From contig OZ250169.1 in the NCBI GenBank assembly GCA_965237955.1, positions 2,720,001-2,784,000 on the forward strand: a stretch of DNA of 64,000 nucleotides, written 5' to 3'. Source of the stretch: Candidatus Marinacidobacterales bacterium. Lineage in GTDB: Bacteria; Acidobacteriota; Vicinamibacteria; Marinacidobacterales; SMYC01. Positions 54,401-64,000 of the stretch are shown here, in pieces (position 1 is the first letter of the stretch; each line of letters starts with the position of its first letter). Under the pieces are notes generated by a model, which searched no databases, was not told where the DNA came from, and saw only the letters and a list, made by a program, of their open reading frames with translations. The position numbers and the translations under genes are program-made.

Positions 54401-55045
54401 ATGACTGGGTTGATAGCGAAGAAGCTGGGGATGACGCAGAAGTTTGCGGAGGACGGGTCCGTCATTCCGCTCACCGTTCTCAGGGCGGGGCCCTGCGTCG
54501 TCGTGCAGCGCAAGACGGCGGAGCGGGACGGTTATGACGCCGTTCAACTGGGCCTGGTGGAAGCGGGACGCAAAGTCACCGCTAACAAACCGCTCGAAGG
54601 CCATTTCAAGAACGCCGGCGCGGCGCCGTGTCGCATATTGCGTGAGTTCCCGATTGCGTCCGACGACGAGTCCAAAGTCGGCGACGCCATCAAAGTTTCG
54701 GTGTTCGAGGCGACCGATACGGTGCACGTGCGCGGCGTGAGCAAGGGCAAGGGTTTTGCCGGCGTCATGAAGCGTCACGGCTTCCACGGGCAACGCGCCT
54801 CGCACGGCTCCAAGGTCCATCGAGCGCCTGGCTCGATCGGTCAGTCGGCGTCGCCCTCGCGCGTTTTACCGGGAATGAAAGGGCCAGGACGTTTGGGCCA
54901 GGATCGGGTCACGGTAAAAAACCTCGAAGTCGTCGAAGTCATCGAGGACGAGGATCTCTTGTTGGTCAGGGGCCCGGTTCCAGGGGCCAATGGCACGTAC
55001 GTGGAGATCGTAAAAAAGGAATCCGCGAGGAAGAAAAATGCCTAG
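54401..55045 (+). CDS. rplC: 50S ribosomal protein L3
   Basis: [19 protein letters not shown] and HRAPGSIG motifs. Confidence 0.98.
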   Translation: MTGLIAKKLGMTQKFAEDGSVIPLTVLRAGPCVVVQRKTAERDGYDAVQLGLVEAGRKVTANKPLEGHFKNAGAAPCRILREFPIASDDESKVGDAIKVSVFEATDTVHVRGVSKGKGFAGVMKRHGFHGQRASHGSKVHRAPGSIGQSASPSRVLPGMKGPGRLGQDRVTVKNLEVVEVIEDEDLLLVRGPVPGANGTYVEIVKKESARKKNA

Positions 55046-55673
55046 CGTTCCCATGGTAGATGTGGCGGGCGGCTCGCGCGGCGAGAAAGCGCTCAGCGAC
55101 GCCGTGTTCGGTGTGAAACCCAATCGCCATCTGCTGTACGAAGCGGTCAAGCATTACCGCGCCGGACAGCATCGAGGCACCCACGCCACCAAGACCCGAG
55201 GTGCCGTCCGTGGCGGGGGCAAAAAGCCCTGGCGACAGAAGGGCACCGGTCGTGCCCGCGTCGGATCGGCGCGTACGCCGCTATGGCGCGGGGGTGGCAC
55301 GGTTTTCGGCCCACAACCGCGCGACCACAGCTACAAGCTCAACGGCAAAGTCCAGCGAGGCGCGCTCCGCTCTGCTCTGTCGCTGCGCGTGCAAGAAGGC
55401 TCACTCACGGTCGTGAACGGATTAACCATGGAAAAACCGAGCACGAAGACGCTCAAGGGGCAACTCGAGGAGTTCGGGGCACTCCGCCAGTACGAGCGCG
55501 TGCTCGTCGTCGATGAGAAGCCGTCAGAGGCGCTCTATCTCTCGGCGCGCAACCTCGAGCGGGTGGAAGTGCGCTCGGTGTTCGCGCTCAACACCTACGA
55601 CGTTCTGGCGGCGCGAAAGGTTCTGATTTCCGAAGAAGCGGCTCAAAGCCTGGAAGAGAGGCTTTCGCGATGA
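55038..55673 (+). CDS. rplD: 50S ribosomal protein L4
   Basis: [12 protein letters not shown] motif. Confidence 0.98.
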   Translation: MPSVPMVDVAGGSRGEKALSDAVFGVKPNRHLLYEAVKHYRAGQHRGTHATKTRGAVRGGGKKPWRQKGTGRARVGSARTPLWRGGGTVFGPQPRDHSYKLNGKVQRGALRSALSLRVQEGSLTVVNGLTMEKPSTKTLKGQLEEFGALRQYERVLVVDEKPSEALYLSARNLERVEVRSVFALNTYDVLAARKVLISEEAAQSLEERLSR

Positions 55674-55960
55674 TTGTGCAAGAGGTCATCCGAGGACCGC
55701 TCGTGACCGAAAAGGCAGCGATGCTCAAGGACGAGCACCGGACTGTCTGTTTCCGAGTCGCGGTGAACGCAAACAAGACCGAGATCAAAGGCGCCGTCGA
55801 GAAACTCTTCGGCGTGAAGGTGGCCTCGGTGCGTACCGTGCGCATGAACGGTAAGCTGAAACGATACGGTCGCTTCGAAGGCAAACGACCGGACTGGAAG
55901 AAAGCTTTCGTTACATTGCGCGAGGGCGAAAAGATGATCGAGTTCTTCGAGGGGGTCTGA
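55670..55960 (+). CDS. rplW: 50S ribosomal protein L23
   Basis: PLVTEK, ANKTEIK and WKKAFVTL motifs. Confidence 0.97.
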   Translation: MIVQEVIRGPLVTEKAAMLKDEHRTVCFRVAVNANKTEIKGAVEKLFGVKVASVRTVRMNGKLKRYGRFEGKRPDWKKAFVTLREGEKMIEFFEGV

Positions 55961-55966
55961 TAGACG

Positions 55967-56800
55967 ATGGCAATCAAGAAATTCAGCCCCACGTCTCCCG
56001 GACGCCGGTTCTACACCGTGCAGAGCTTCGATGAGATCACGGACACAAAGCCGCTCAAGTCGCTCACCGAGCCCAAGACGAGATCCGGCGGAAGAAACAG
56101 CAATGGCCGTATCACCGTTCGTTTCCGTGGCGGTGGCCACAAAAGGCGCTACCGGGTCGTTGATTTCAAGCGCGACAAGTTGGACGTTCCCGGCAAAGTT
56201 GCTTCGGTCGAGTACGACCCGAACCGCTCGGCCCGGATCGCGCGCATCCACTACGTGGACGGCGAGAAGGCCTACATCATTCATCCCGTTGGTTTGAAAG
56301 TCGGCGATTCGGTCGTCAGCAGCGCGAGCGCCGATATCCTTCCTGGGAACTGTCTGCCGCTTGAGAACATGCCTTTGGGCACGACAGTGCACAACATCGA
56401 GCTCCGGCCGGGCAAGGGTGGCCAGATGGCACGCAGTGCCGGCGCCGGTGCCCAACTCGTTGCGAGAGAGGGCAAGTACGCCCAGCTGCGACTACCATCC
56501 GGTGAAGTCCGCATAGTCCACAAAAAGTGCCGGGCAACGGTCGGTCAGGTGGGCAATATCGAGCATGAGCAAGTGACGCTCGGCAAGGCCGGGCGGAAGC
56601 GTTGGCTCGGACGCAGACCCCACAATCGCGGCGTCACCATGAACCCCGTCGACCACCCGCATGGTGGCGGCGAAGGTAGTACCGCCGGCGGGCGCCACCC
56701 GGTGACGCCTTGGGGTGTTCCGACCAAGGGCTACAAAACACGCAACAACAAGCGCACCGACAAATTCATCGTGAGGCGCAAGGGTAAGAAGAGAGGTTAG
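55967..56800 (+). CDS. rplB: 50S ribosomal protein L2
   Basis: EYDPNRSA and [11 protein letters not shown] motifs. Confidence 0.99.
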   Translation: MAIKKFSPTSPGRRFYTVQSFDEITDTKPLKSLTEPKTRSGGRNSNGRITVRFRGGGHKRRYRVVDFKRDKLDVPGKVASVEYDPNRSARIARIHYVDGEKAYIIHPVGLKVGDSVVSSASADILPGNCLPLENMPLGTTVHNIELRPGKGGQMARSAGAGAQLVAREGKYAQLRLPSGEVRIVHKKCRATVGQVGNIEHEQVTLGKAGRKRWLGRRPHNRGVTMNPVDHPHGGGEGSTAGGRHPVTPWGVPTKGYKTRNNKRTDKFIVRRKGKKRG

Positions 56801-56806
56801 CGAGCC

Positions 56807-57100
56807 ATGGCGAGATCGCTGAAAAAAGGGCCGTTCGTGGATGACAATCTATTGAATAAGATCGACATCATGAACGACGGCGGCGAGAAGAAAGTGGTGA
56901 AGACGTGGTCGCGCCGCTCTACCATCATTCCCGAAATGGTGGGACATACGCTGGCGGTCCACAACGGCAAGAAATTTATTCCGGTGTACGTGACCGAGAA
57001 CATGGTGGGCCATAAGTTGGGCGAGTTTTCGCCGACGCGAACGTTCCGTGGTCACACCACGAAGACGAAGACGGAAAGGGCAGCTAAGGTCGCTAGGTGA
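56807..57100 (+). CDS. rpsS: 30S ribosomal protein S19
   Basis: RSLKKGPF and GHKLGEF motifs. Confidence 0.98.
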   Translation: MARSLKKGPFVDDNLLNKIDIMNDGGEKKVVKTWSRRSTIIPEMVGHTLAVHNGKKFIPVYVTENMVGHKLGEFSPTRTFRGHTTKTKTERAAKVAR

Positions 57101-57127
57101 GGGCCCTAAGTATCGGAGGCTTTTGAG

Positions 57128-57487
57128 ATGGTTGAAGCAAGGGCAACTGCGAAATACGTCCGTGGATCCCCGTCGAAAGCGCGGTTGGTGATCGAATTGA
57201 TCCGCGGAAAGCGCGCGGCCGAGGCGCTCTCTATTTTGCAGAACACGAACAAGCGGGTTTGCCGACCGCTCGAGAAAGTGCTCCGTTCCGCTATCGCGAA
57301 CGCCCAACAAAAGGCCGTCGAAGAGGCGAAACGCATCGACGAGGACGATCTCGTCGTCACCAAGGCCTACGCCGACGCGGGTCCGACGCTCAAGCGGATT
57401 CGGCCGGCGCCAATGGGGCGTGCATTTCGTATCGTACATAGAACGTCGCATTTGACGATTGAGGTATCGGAGAAAGAACAGTCGTGA
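57128..57487 (+). CDS. rplV: 50S ribosomal protein L22
   Basis: SAIANA and [15 protein letters not shown] motifs. Confidence 0.97.
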   Translation: MVEARATAKYVRGSPSKARLVIELIRGKRAAEALSILQNTNKRVCRPLEKVLRSAIANAQQKAVEEAKRIDEDDLVVTKAYADAGPTLKRIRPAPMGRAFRIVHRTSHLTIEVSEKEQS

Positions 57488-57520
57488 TCTGCCATCAGCC
57501 ATCGGCCATCGGCCATCAGC
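57486..57520. repeat. Solo heptamer arm between rplV and rpsC
   Basis: GATCT GCCATCA GCCATCG GCCATCG GCCATCA GC, overlapping the rplV TGA. Confidence 0.88.
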
Positions 57521-57584
57521 GGTTGCCGCGTGGTGCCGCTATTTCAGGGTCACGCCGCTTCGGCGTTATTGGAAGGAATTCTTA

Positions 57585-58268
57585 ATGGGTCAGAAAGTTC
57601 ACCCTTACGGGTTTCGGCTCGGGTACAACAAGACGTGGCGCTCGCGTTGGTACGCCGAGCGGGACTACGGGAAGCTCCTCCACGAGGACTTGAAGCTGAA
57701 GCGTCAGTTGAAGAAACGCTTTTCGCACGCTGGTGTTTCGCGAGTCGAGATCGAGCGAGCAGCGAACAAGCTCAAGATCAACATCCATACTTCTCGGCCT
57801 GGGATCATCATCGGGCGCAAAGGGACCGAGGTCGACAAGCTCAAGTCGGAAGTTCAGGCGACGACCCAGCGCGAGGTCTACATCAATATTATCGAGGTCG
57901 CCAGACCCGAGCTCGACGCTCAGCTCGTTGCCGAGTCCATCGCGCTTCAGCTCGAGAAGCGTATTGCGTTCCGCCGGGCGATGCGCAAGGCGGTGGATGC
58001 GACGATGCGCTTTGGCGCGAAGGGTGTTCGCGTGCGCTGCGCTGGCCGGTTGAACGGCGCGGAGATCGCCCGCTCCGAGTGGTACCTTCTCGGCCAGCTC
58101 CCGCTCCATACGCTGCGCGCGGACATCGACTATGGATTCGCTGAAGCGTTTACGACGTACGGACAGATCGGGGTGAAGTGCTGGATTTACAAAGGGGAGT
58201 CGCTCCCTCTCGGCCCAGCGTTCCGTGAGGACGCGAACGAGCGTCCCCGGGCGCGCAAGACGGAGTAA
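57585..58268 (+). CDS. rpsC: 30S ribosomal protein S3
   Basis: [13 protein letters not shown] and [10 protein letters not shown] motifs. Confidence 0.98.
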   Translation: MGQKVHPYGFRLGYNKTWRSRWYAERDYGKLLHEDLKLKRQLKKRFSHAGVSRVEIERAANKLKINIHTSRPGIIIGRKGTEVDKLKSEVQATTQREVYINIIEVARPELDAQLVAESIALQLEKRIAFRRAMRKAVDATMRFGAKGVRVRCAGRLNGAEIARSEWYLLGQLPLHTLRADIDYGFAEAFTTYGQIGVKCWIYKGESLPLGPAFREDANERPRARKTE

Positions 58269-58274
58269 GCCGCC

Positions 58275-58691
58275 ATGTTAATGCCGAAGAAAGTCAAGCA
58301 CCGCAAAGTCCAGCGGGGCCGTATGAGAGGCAAGGCCTGGAAGGGCCACACCGTGGCATTCGGTGATTACGGTCTGAAAGTAACCGAGCCTGGTTGGATT
58401 ACCGATCGTCAGATCGAAGCAGCGCGCGTGGCGATTACCCGCTTCGTGAAGCGTAGCGGACGCGTTTGGATCCGCATCTTTCCCGACAAGCCCGTCACCA
58501 AGAAGCCGCAGGAAACTCGTATGGGTAAGGGAAAAGGTAGCCCCGAGTTCTGGGTCGCCGTGGTCAAACCAGGTCGCATCCTCTACGAGATGGAGGGTGT
58601 TACCGAAGAGCAGGCGCGTGAGGCGATGCGTTTGGCCGGGCACAAACTCCCGCTTCCGACCAAGTTCGTTACGCGGTTCGAGGAGGGTTGA
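58275..58691 (+). CDS. rplP: 50S ribosomal protein L16
   Basis: RMGKGKG and IFPDKP motifs. Confidence 0.98.
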   Translation: MLMPKKVKHRKVQRGRMRGKAWKGHTVAFGDYGLKVTEPGWITDRQIEAARVAITRFVKRSGRVWIRIFPDKPVTKKPQETRMGKGKGSPEFWVAVVKPGRILYEMEGVTEEQAREAMRLAGHKLPLPTKFVTRFEEG

Positions 58692-58927
58692 TCGTGAAGA
58701 TCGACAAAGTACGGGAGCTGGGGGTCGAGGAGCTGCAGCACAAAGTCAGCGACCTCCAACAGGATATTTTTCACGCTCGCATCCAAAAGGAGACGGGCCA
58801 ACTGGATCAACTCGGAAAGGTTCGCAGCTTGCGAAAAGATCTGGCGCGGGTGAAGACCGTGCTGCGTCAACTCGAGATTGAGGAAACGAAAGGTAGGGCG
58901 TCCGGTCCTGGGCAAGGGCAGGGATAG
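58688..58927 (+). CDS. rpmC: 50S ribosomal protein L29
   Basis: [10 protein letters not shown] motif; canonical position. Confidence 0.93.
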   Translation: MIVKIDKVRELGVEELQHKVSDLQQDIFHARIQKETGQLDQLGKVRSLRKDLARVKTVLRQLEIEETKGRASGPGQGQG

Positions 58928-58940
58928 AGGAACACTGAAG

Positions 58941-59246
58941 ATGTCCAAGATAACGAAGGTCGGAGTCGTCAAGAGCAACAAGATGGACAAGACCGCCGTG
59001 GTGAGTGTCGAGCGATTGGTGCGCCATCCGCTCTATACACGCGCGTTCAAGAAGACGTCCAATTTCGCGGTGCACGACGAGCAGAATCGCTGCCAAATCG
59101 GAGACCGCGTGCAGATCGTGGAATGCCGGCCGATCTCGAAGCGGAAGCGCTGGCGGTTGGTAGAGATTTTGGAATCGCCGGCGTCTGTCGAAAGTGGGAC
59201 CAACAGTACAGGCGGTAACGGGGCGACGGCCAAGCCAGCTGAGTGA
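58941..59246 (+). CDS. rpsQ: 30S ribosomal protein S17
   Basis: KMDKT, HPLY and ECRPISKRKRW motifs. Confidence 0.97.
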   Translation: MSKITKVGVVKSNKMDKTAVVSVERLVRHPLYTRAFKKTSNFAVHDEQNRCQIGDRVQIVECRPISKRKRWRLVEILESPASVESGTNSTGGNGATAKPAE

Positions 59247-59264
59247 AGACCAGGGATTCGACGA

Positions 59265-59633
59265 ATGATTCAGATGCAAACGGTTCTCGAAGTGACCGAC
59301 AATTCGGGGGCCAAGAAGATCGCCTGTATCCATCCGCGAGGTGGTGGTGTCGGCCGCATCGCTCACTTGGGCGACGTGATCACAGCGTCGGTCAAAGAGG
59401 CCATTCCCGATAGCCCCGTCAAGAAGGGTACGGTGGTGAAAGCCGTGATCGTACGCACCCGCAAGGAGCACCGCCGCAAGGACGGCACCTATATCCGTTT
59501 CGACGACAACGCCGCGGTGCTCATTAACGATCAAAACGAGCCCCTAGGGACGCGCGTCTTCGGACCGGTCGCCCGGGAGCTGCGTGAGAAGAAGTTCATG
59601 AGAATCGTATCGCTGGCGCCCGAGGTCTTATAA
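59265..59633 (+). CDS. rplN: 50S ribosomal protein L14
   Basis: DNSGAK, FDDNAAV and SLAPEVL motifs. Confidence 0.98.
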   Translation: MIQMQTVLEVTDNSGAKKIACIHPRGGGVGRIAHLGDVITASVKEAIPDSPVKKGTVVKAVIVRTRKEHRRKDGTYIRFDDNAAVLINDQNEPLGTRVFGPVARELREKKFMRIVSLAPEVL

Positions 59634-59963
59634 GTGGCTATCAAATTGCACGTACGCAAGAACGACCAGGTGGAAATCCTGTCCGGGAGAGACCGCGGTA
59701 AGCGCGGCAAAGTGTTGCGGATGATTCCCGATCAGAGGCGTGCCATCGTCGAGCGCGTCAACATGCTCAAGCGGCACACTCGGCCCAACCCGCAAAAGAA
59801 CATCAAGGGCGGCGTCGTCGAGCGGGAAGGCTCACTCGACTTGAGCAACCTCATGGTCGTCTGTCCCGAATGCGACAAGAAGACGCGTGTGCGACACAAG
59901 GTCTTGACCGATGGCCGCAAGGTGCGTACCTGCACTGCTTGTGAGGGAGTGATTGATAAATGA
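59634..59963 (+). CDS. rplX: 50S ribosomal protein L24
   Basis: [13 protein letters not shown] motif; canonical position. Confidence 0.96.
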   Translation: MAIKLHVRKNDQVEILSGRDRGKRGKVLRMIPDQRRAIVERVNMLKRHTRPNPQKNIKGGVVEREGSLDLSNLMVVCPECDKKTRVRHKVLTDGRKVRTCTACEGVIDK

Positions 59964-60001
59964 ATCAAATGAGTCAAATGAGTCAAAGAGTCAAATGAGT
60001 C
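59958..60001 (+). repeat. 9-bp tandem repeat (AAATGAGTC x5) at the rplX/rplE junction
   Basis: AAATGAATC AAATGAGTC AAATGAGTC AAA-GAGTC AAATGAGTC. Confidence 0.9.
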
Positions 60002-60543
60002 GGCTCGCAAAAAAGTATCAGGAAACGATTCGGCCGCAGCTGATGAAGGATCTCTCCATCACCAACGTCTGCGCCGCACCGAAGGTGAACAAAGTCATCG
60101 TGAACGTTGGCGTTGGTGAAGCTTCCGCGAACATCAAGCTCCTCGACGCTGCCATGGACGAGATGGGTGCGATCACGGGGCAACGACCGGTGATGCGACG
60201 AGCGAAAAAATCCATCGCCGCGTTCAAGCTTCGCGAAGGCCAGCCCGTGGGCACGTGCGTCACGCTGCGGGGCAAGCGTATGTATGAGTTCATCGACCGC
60301 CTCCTCAACATTGCGCTTCCACGCGTGAGAGATTTCAGAGGTGTCCCGACCAAGTCGTTCGATGGTCGCGGCAACTACACGATGGGCTTGCAGGACCAGC
60401 TCATCTTCCCGGAGATCTACTATTCCAGAGTCGATCAGACCAGGGGAATGAACATCACTTTCGTCACGTCGTCGAAAAACGACGAGGGCGCGAAGCGTCT
60501 GCTCGAGCTCATGGGCATGCCCTTCCGTCGCCCCAATCAGTAA
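59995..60543 (+). CDS. rplE: 50S ribosomal protein L5
   Basis: [15 protein letters not shown] and FDGRGNY motifs. Confidence 0.98.
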   Translation: MSRLAKKYQETIRPQLMKDLSITNVCAAPKVNKVIVNVGVGEASANIKLLDAAMDEMGAITGQRPVMRRAKKSIAAFKLREGQPVGTCVTLRGKRMYEFIDRLLNIALPRVRDFRGVPTKSFDGRGNYTMGLQDQLIFPEIYYSRVDQTRGMNITFVTSSKNDEGAKRLLELMGMPFRRPNQ

Positions 60544-60572
60544 TTTGGCAGTAGTTATTATGGAGAAGCTCA

Positions 60573-60758
60573 TTGGCTAAACAATCAGCTATTGCGAAAT
60601 CGCTCCGCAAGCCGAAGTTCAAGGTGCGCCAGCACAACCGCTGCAACATTTGTGGCCGGCCGCGCGGCTACGTCAGGAAGTTTCGCCTCTGTCGCCTGTG
60701 CTTCCGGAAGCTCGCCCTCGCGGGTGAGATTCCGGGTCTGGTGAAGTCGAGCTGGTGA
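60573..60758 (+). CDS. rpsN: 30S ribosomal protein S14 type Z
   Basis: RCNICGRPR...LCRLCFR; 61 aa. Confidence 0.97.
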   Translation: MAKQSAIAKSLRKPKFKVRQHNRCNICGRPRGYVRKFRLCRLCFRKLALAGEIPGLVKSSW

Positions 60759-60774
60759 AAAGGAGAAAGACATC

Positions 60775-61170
60775 ATGATGACGGATCCTATCGCCGATAT
60801 GCTCACCCGGATTAGAAACGGCATGAGAGCCCGACACGCCAAGGTCGATATTCCTGCGTCGAACCTCAAGACCGAGCTCGCTCGCATCTTGAAGGAAGAG
60901 GGCTATGTCCAGAATTACAAGCGCATCGCCGACGACAAGCAGGGGGTCCTGCGCGTCTTCCTGAGGCGAACGAACGATGGCTCGGAAGTCATCGTCGGGA
61001 TATCACGGGTGTCGCGACCCGGCTGCCGCGTTTACGTCGCCAAGGACGAGATCCCGAAAATTCAAGGCGGTCTCGGTATCAATATTGTCTCGACGTCTCG
61101 AGGCCTCATGACGGGGCGCCAGGCGGTCCGTGAGGGCGTGGGCGGCGAGATTCTCTGCAACGTTTGGTGA
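60775..61170 (+). CDS. rpsH: 30S ribosomal protein S8
   Basis: [12 protein letters not shown] and STSRG motifs. Confidence 0.98.
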   Translation: MMTDPIADMLTRIRNGMRARHAKVDIPASNLKTELARILKEEGYVQNYKRIADDKQGVLRVFLRRTNDGSEVIVGISRVSRPGCRVYVAKDEIPKIQGGLGINIVSTSRGLMTGRQAVREGVGGEILCNVW

Positions 61171-61186
61171 TGGGCGAGGACGACCG

Positions 61187-61735
61187 ATGTCGAGAATAGG
61201 CAACAAACCGATTGCGATTCCCAGTGGGGTCAAGATCAAGATCGAGGACCGTGACGTCCACGTGGAGGGTCCAAAGGGGAAGCTCGTTACTGCGCTGCCG
61301 ACGGGAATCAACGCCAAGCAAGAAAATGGCGAGCTGACCACGATGCGTGAGACCGAAACAAACGAGCTCAAGGCCTTGTGGGGACTGGCGCGAAGCCTGT
61401 TGGCGAACGCGGTCCACGGAGTTTCGGTGGGATTTACCAAGGAGCTCGACATCGTTGGGATTGGCTACCGGGCGCAGGTCGAGGGGAAAGCCGTCAATTT
61501 CTCCCTCGGCTATTCACATCCGGTCGAGTTTTCCATTCCGAATGGAATCGACGTCAAGATCGACAAGAACACCCACATCACGGTGTCGGGTGCTGACAAG
61601 CAGCTCGTCGGACAAACAGCGGCGAACATCCGGAGCTTGCGAAAACCAGACCCCTACAAGCAGAAAGGGATCCGCTACACCGGCGAGCATCTGAAAAGGA
61701 AGGCCGGAAAGACCGGAGTTACGTCAACGTCATGA
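61187..61735 (+). CDS. rplF: 50S ribosomal protein L6
   Basis: MSRIG, LGYSH and PDPYKQKG motifs. Confidence 0.98.
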   Translation: MSRIGNKPIAIPSGVKIKIEDRDVHVEGPKGKLVTALPTGINAKQENGELTTMRETETNELKALWGLARSLLANAVHGVSVGFTKELDIVGIGYRAQVEGKAVNFSLGYSHPVEFSIPNGIDVKIDKNTHITVSGADKQLVGQTAANIRSLRKPDPYKQKGIRYTGEHLKRKAGKTGVTSTS

Positions 61736-62085
61736 AAGTTCACACCAAATCAGACGCGAGGAAGCGGATTCACCTGCGCATCCGCAAGACTGTCGTTGGC
61801 ACCGAAACCCGTCCGCGGCTCGCCGTATTCCGGAGCGCCAGACACATCTATGCGCAAGCGATCGACGATGGGTCGGGCCGGACGTTGGCGGCGGCGAGCA
61901 CGTGCGAAAAGGACACCGGCTATGGCGGAAACATCAAAGGTGCGGCGGTCGTCGGCAAACTCATCGCGGAGCGCTGCCGGGTTAAGGACATCGAGACCGT
62001 CGTTTTCGATCGTGGCGGGTTCAAATACCACGGCCGCATCAAGGCACTAGCAGACGCCGCTCGGGGCGCGGGCCTCAAGTTCTAG
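61732..62085 (+). CDS. rplR: 50S ribosomal protein L18
   Basis: RPRLAVFRS and [11 protein letters not shown] motifs. Confidence 0.98.
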   Translation: MKVHTKSDARKRIHLRIRKTVVGTETRPRLAVFRSARHIYAQAIDDGSGRTLAAASTCEKDTGYGGNIKGAAVVGKLIAERCRVKDIETVVFDRGGFKYHGRIKALADAARGAGLKF

Positions 62086-62100
62086 AACGAAGGAATATTC

Positions 62101-62607
62101 ATGTCACGAGAAAAGGTCGACGCCAGCGGGCTCGAGCTCAAAGACCAAGTGGTCAGCATCAATCGCGTCACCAAAGTCGTGAAGGGTGGCAAGAACCTCT
62201 CCTTCAGCGCGCTCGTCGTCGTCGGTGATGGCAACGGGCACGTGGGCTTTGGTCTCGGTAAGGCAAAGGAAGTTCCATCGGCTATCCGTAAGGGCATCGA
62301 GATTGCCAAGAAGAGTTTGATCCGCGTTCCGCTCACGGGTGGGACGATCCCGCACCAGATCACCGGTGTCTTCGGCGCCGGCCGCGTGTTGTTGAAACCC
62401 GCGGTCGAGGGGACCGGAGTGATTGCCGGCGGCCCGGTGCGCGCCGTAGTCGAGGCTGCCGGAATCCGGGACATCCTCACGAAATCACTCGGAACCGCCA
62501 ACCCGAAGAATGTCGTCAAGGCGACGATGACCGGGCTCGGTGAGCTCCGAAGCCCCGAGGACGTGGCGCAGGCTCGCGGCAAGAACGTCGCTGAAATAAT
62601 GAGTTAG
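62101..62607 (+). CDS. rpsE: 30S ribosomal protein S5
   Basis: RVTKVVKGG and GTGVIAGG motifs. Confidence 0.98.
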   Translation: MSREKVDASGLELKDQVVSINRVTKVVKGGKNLSFSALVVVGDGNGHVGFGLGKAKEVPSAIRKGIEIAKKSLIRVPLTGGTIPHQITGVFGAGRVLLKPAVEGTGVIAGGPVRAVVEAAGIRDILTKSLGTANPKNVVKATMTGLGELRSPEDVAQARGKNVAEIMS

Positions 62608-62611
62608 TTCG

Positions 62612-62884
62612 ATGCCAAATAAAGAAATGGCCAAAGAAACGGCCACTAAGAAAACCACGGTGAAGAAAACGAAGACGACGACGACGAAAAAGAAGTCGAA
62701 AAAGGCGGGCGGCCTGAAGTTGAAGCTCGTGCGGAGCCTGATCGGCGCCACCAAGCGTCAGCGCCAGACCGTGCAGAGTCTGGGGCTCAGGCGCATTCGC
62801 CACACGGTTGAGCGGCAGGATACGCCTGAAATCCGCGGGATGCTGACCAAAGTCGCACACCTCATCCAAGTGATCGAAGGATAA
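62612..62884 (+). CDS. rpmD: 50S ribosomal protein L30 with Lys/Thr-rich N-terminal extension
   Basis: LVRSLIG...LGLRRI...IRGM...VAHLI. Confidence 0.94.
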   Translation: MPNKEMAKETATKKTTVKKTKTTTTKKKSKKAGGLKLKLVRSLIGATKRQRQTVQSLGLRRIRHTVERQDTPEIRGMLTKVAHLIQVIEG

Positions 62885-62894
62885 GGATAGCCAG

Positions 62895-63341
62895 ATGAGC
62901 TTAGAATCACTCAAACCCGCACCGGGCACACTCAAGTCCAAGAGGCGCATCGGTCGGGGTCCTGGCTCGGGCCGCGGTAAGACGGCGGGCCGTGGCCACA
63001 AGGGCGCCAAGTCGCGCTCCGGATATTCGAGACGGCGTGGCTTCGAGGGGGGCCAGATGCCGCTGATTCGGCGGCTGCCCAAGCGTGGCTTCACGAACAT
63101 TTTCTCGAAGCAGATCGAGACCGTGAACGTCAGCGATCTCGAGCGGCTTCCCGAGGGCACGGTGGTGACGCCGGAGCTTTTGGTCAGCCACCGCATGATC
63201 CGGAAGAGTTTCGACGGCGTCAAGGTGCTGGGAAACGGTGAGCTCAAGACCAAGCTCGTCGTTCAAGCCCACGCGTTCAGTGCCACCGCCAAAACCAAGA
63301 TCGAAGGTGCTGGCGGCCGCGCGGAGGAGCTCAAGGCGTGA
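62895..63341 (+). CDS. rplO: 50S ribosomal protein L15
   Basis: GRGPGSG and FEGGQMPL motifs. Confidence 0.98.
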   Translation: MSLESLKPAPGTLKSKRRIGRGPGSGRGKTAGRGHKGAKSRSGYSRRRGFEGGQMPLIRRLPKRGFTNIFSKQIETVNVSDLERLPEGTVVTPELLVSHRMIRKSFDGVKVLGNGELKTKLVVQAHAFSATAKTKIEGAGGRAEELKA

Positions 63342-64000
63342 TCGAAAGCCTCAAGAACATATTCCGCATTCCTGATCTGAGGAATCGGGTTCTGTTCACG
63401 CTGGGTATGCTGTGGGTGTATCGGTTGGGGAACCACATCCCGACACCCGGAGTCGACGCCAGCACTCTGACGGCGTTTTTCGATCAGAATCGCGATACCT
63501 GGTTCGGGTTCGTGGATATGTTCTCGGGCGGGAATCTCTCGCGGGTTACCGTGTTCGCGCTCGGCATCATGCCGTACATCAGCGCGTCCATTATTCTCCA
63601 GCTTCTCACCGTGGTGTGGCCGTACCTCGAGAAGCTGTCGAAGGAGGGCGAGCTCGGGCGGAAGAAGATCACCCAGTACACGCGCTACGGCACGGTTTTG
63701 TTGAGTGTGATCCAGTCGGGAGGCATCGCTGCGTTTCTACAGAAGCAGGAGCTCACCGGCGGGCTCGTGCTGGTTGCGAACCCCGGAATCGCGTTCACGT
63801 TGATGACCGTCCTCACCCTCACCGCGGGGACGGTGTTCATCATGTGGATTGGTGAGCAGATCACGGAGCGCGGCATTGGAAACGGGATGTCGCTCTTGAT
63901 TTTTGCGGGCATCGTCGTCGGGTTTCCCCCGGCGATCGTGACCACGCTCACCAATGTCTCGACGGGTCAGCAGTCGGTTTTTGGCGTCATCTTGCTCACG
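63338..64000 (+). CDS. secY: Preprotein translocase SecY, 3'-partial
   Basis: GTG overlaps the rplO stop; [18 protein letters not shown] and [12 protein letters not shown] motifs. Confidence 0.96.
   Translation, partial: MIESLKNIFRIPDLRNRVLFTLGMLWVYRLGNHIPTPGVDASTLTAFFDQNRDTWFGFVDMFSGGNLSRVTVFALGIMPYISASIILQLLTVVWPYLEKLSKEGELGRKKITQYTRYGTVLLSVIQSGGIAAFLQKQELTGGLVLVANPGIAFTLMTVLTLTAGTVFIMWIGEQITERGIGNGMSLLIFAGIVVGFPPAIVTTLTNVSTGQQSVFGVILLT

Overview
High-GC bacterial chromosome segment, most consistent with Acidobacteriota (Vicinamibacteria-like), inferred from the Cys-rich RpoB N-terminal insert and gene order. Bases 1-35 kb hold mixed housekeeping and envelope genes: an HtrA protease plus a catalytically dead paralogue, uvrA, rhomboid, Rieske-nth-LLM oxidoreductase, an orphan degenerate NuoM/NuoN-like pair, selA, purH, hldE/waaL, TPR-lolB-like-ispE-spoVG-tRNA-Gln-prs-rplY-pth-rpsF-rpsR-rplI-dnaB-radA-PIN/TRAM-plsC-ispDF-rlmB. 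Bases 35-64 kb hold the tRNA-tuf-rpmG-secE-nusG-rplKAJL-rpoBC-str-S10-spc superoperon, ending in partial secY. No phage, IS transposase or CRISPR array was seen. The most unusual signal is non-coding: several families of small palindromic elements with tandem 7-mer (GCCATCN) or 8-mer (RCGCAAAG) inverted arms and conserved cores, sitting at stop codons and even inside ribosomal operons. Other points of interest are a thiG deletion scar, a 29-bp direct repeat bracketing the NuoM/N-like pair, a repeat-derived mini-ORF linking rplX to rplE, and three homopolymer frameshifts that are probably sequencing errors.
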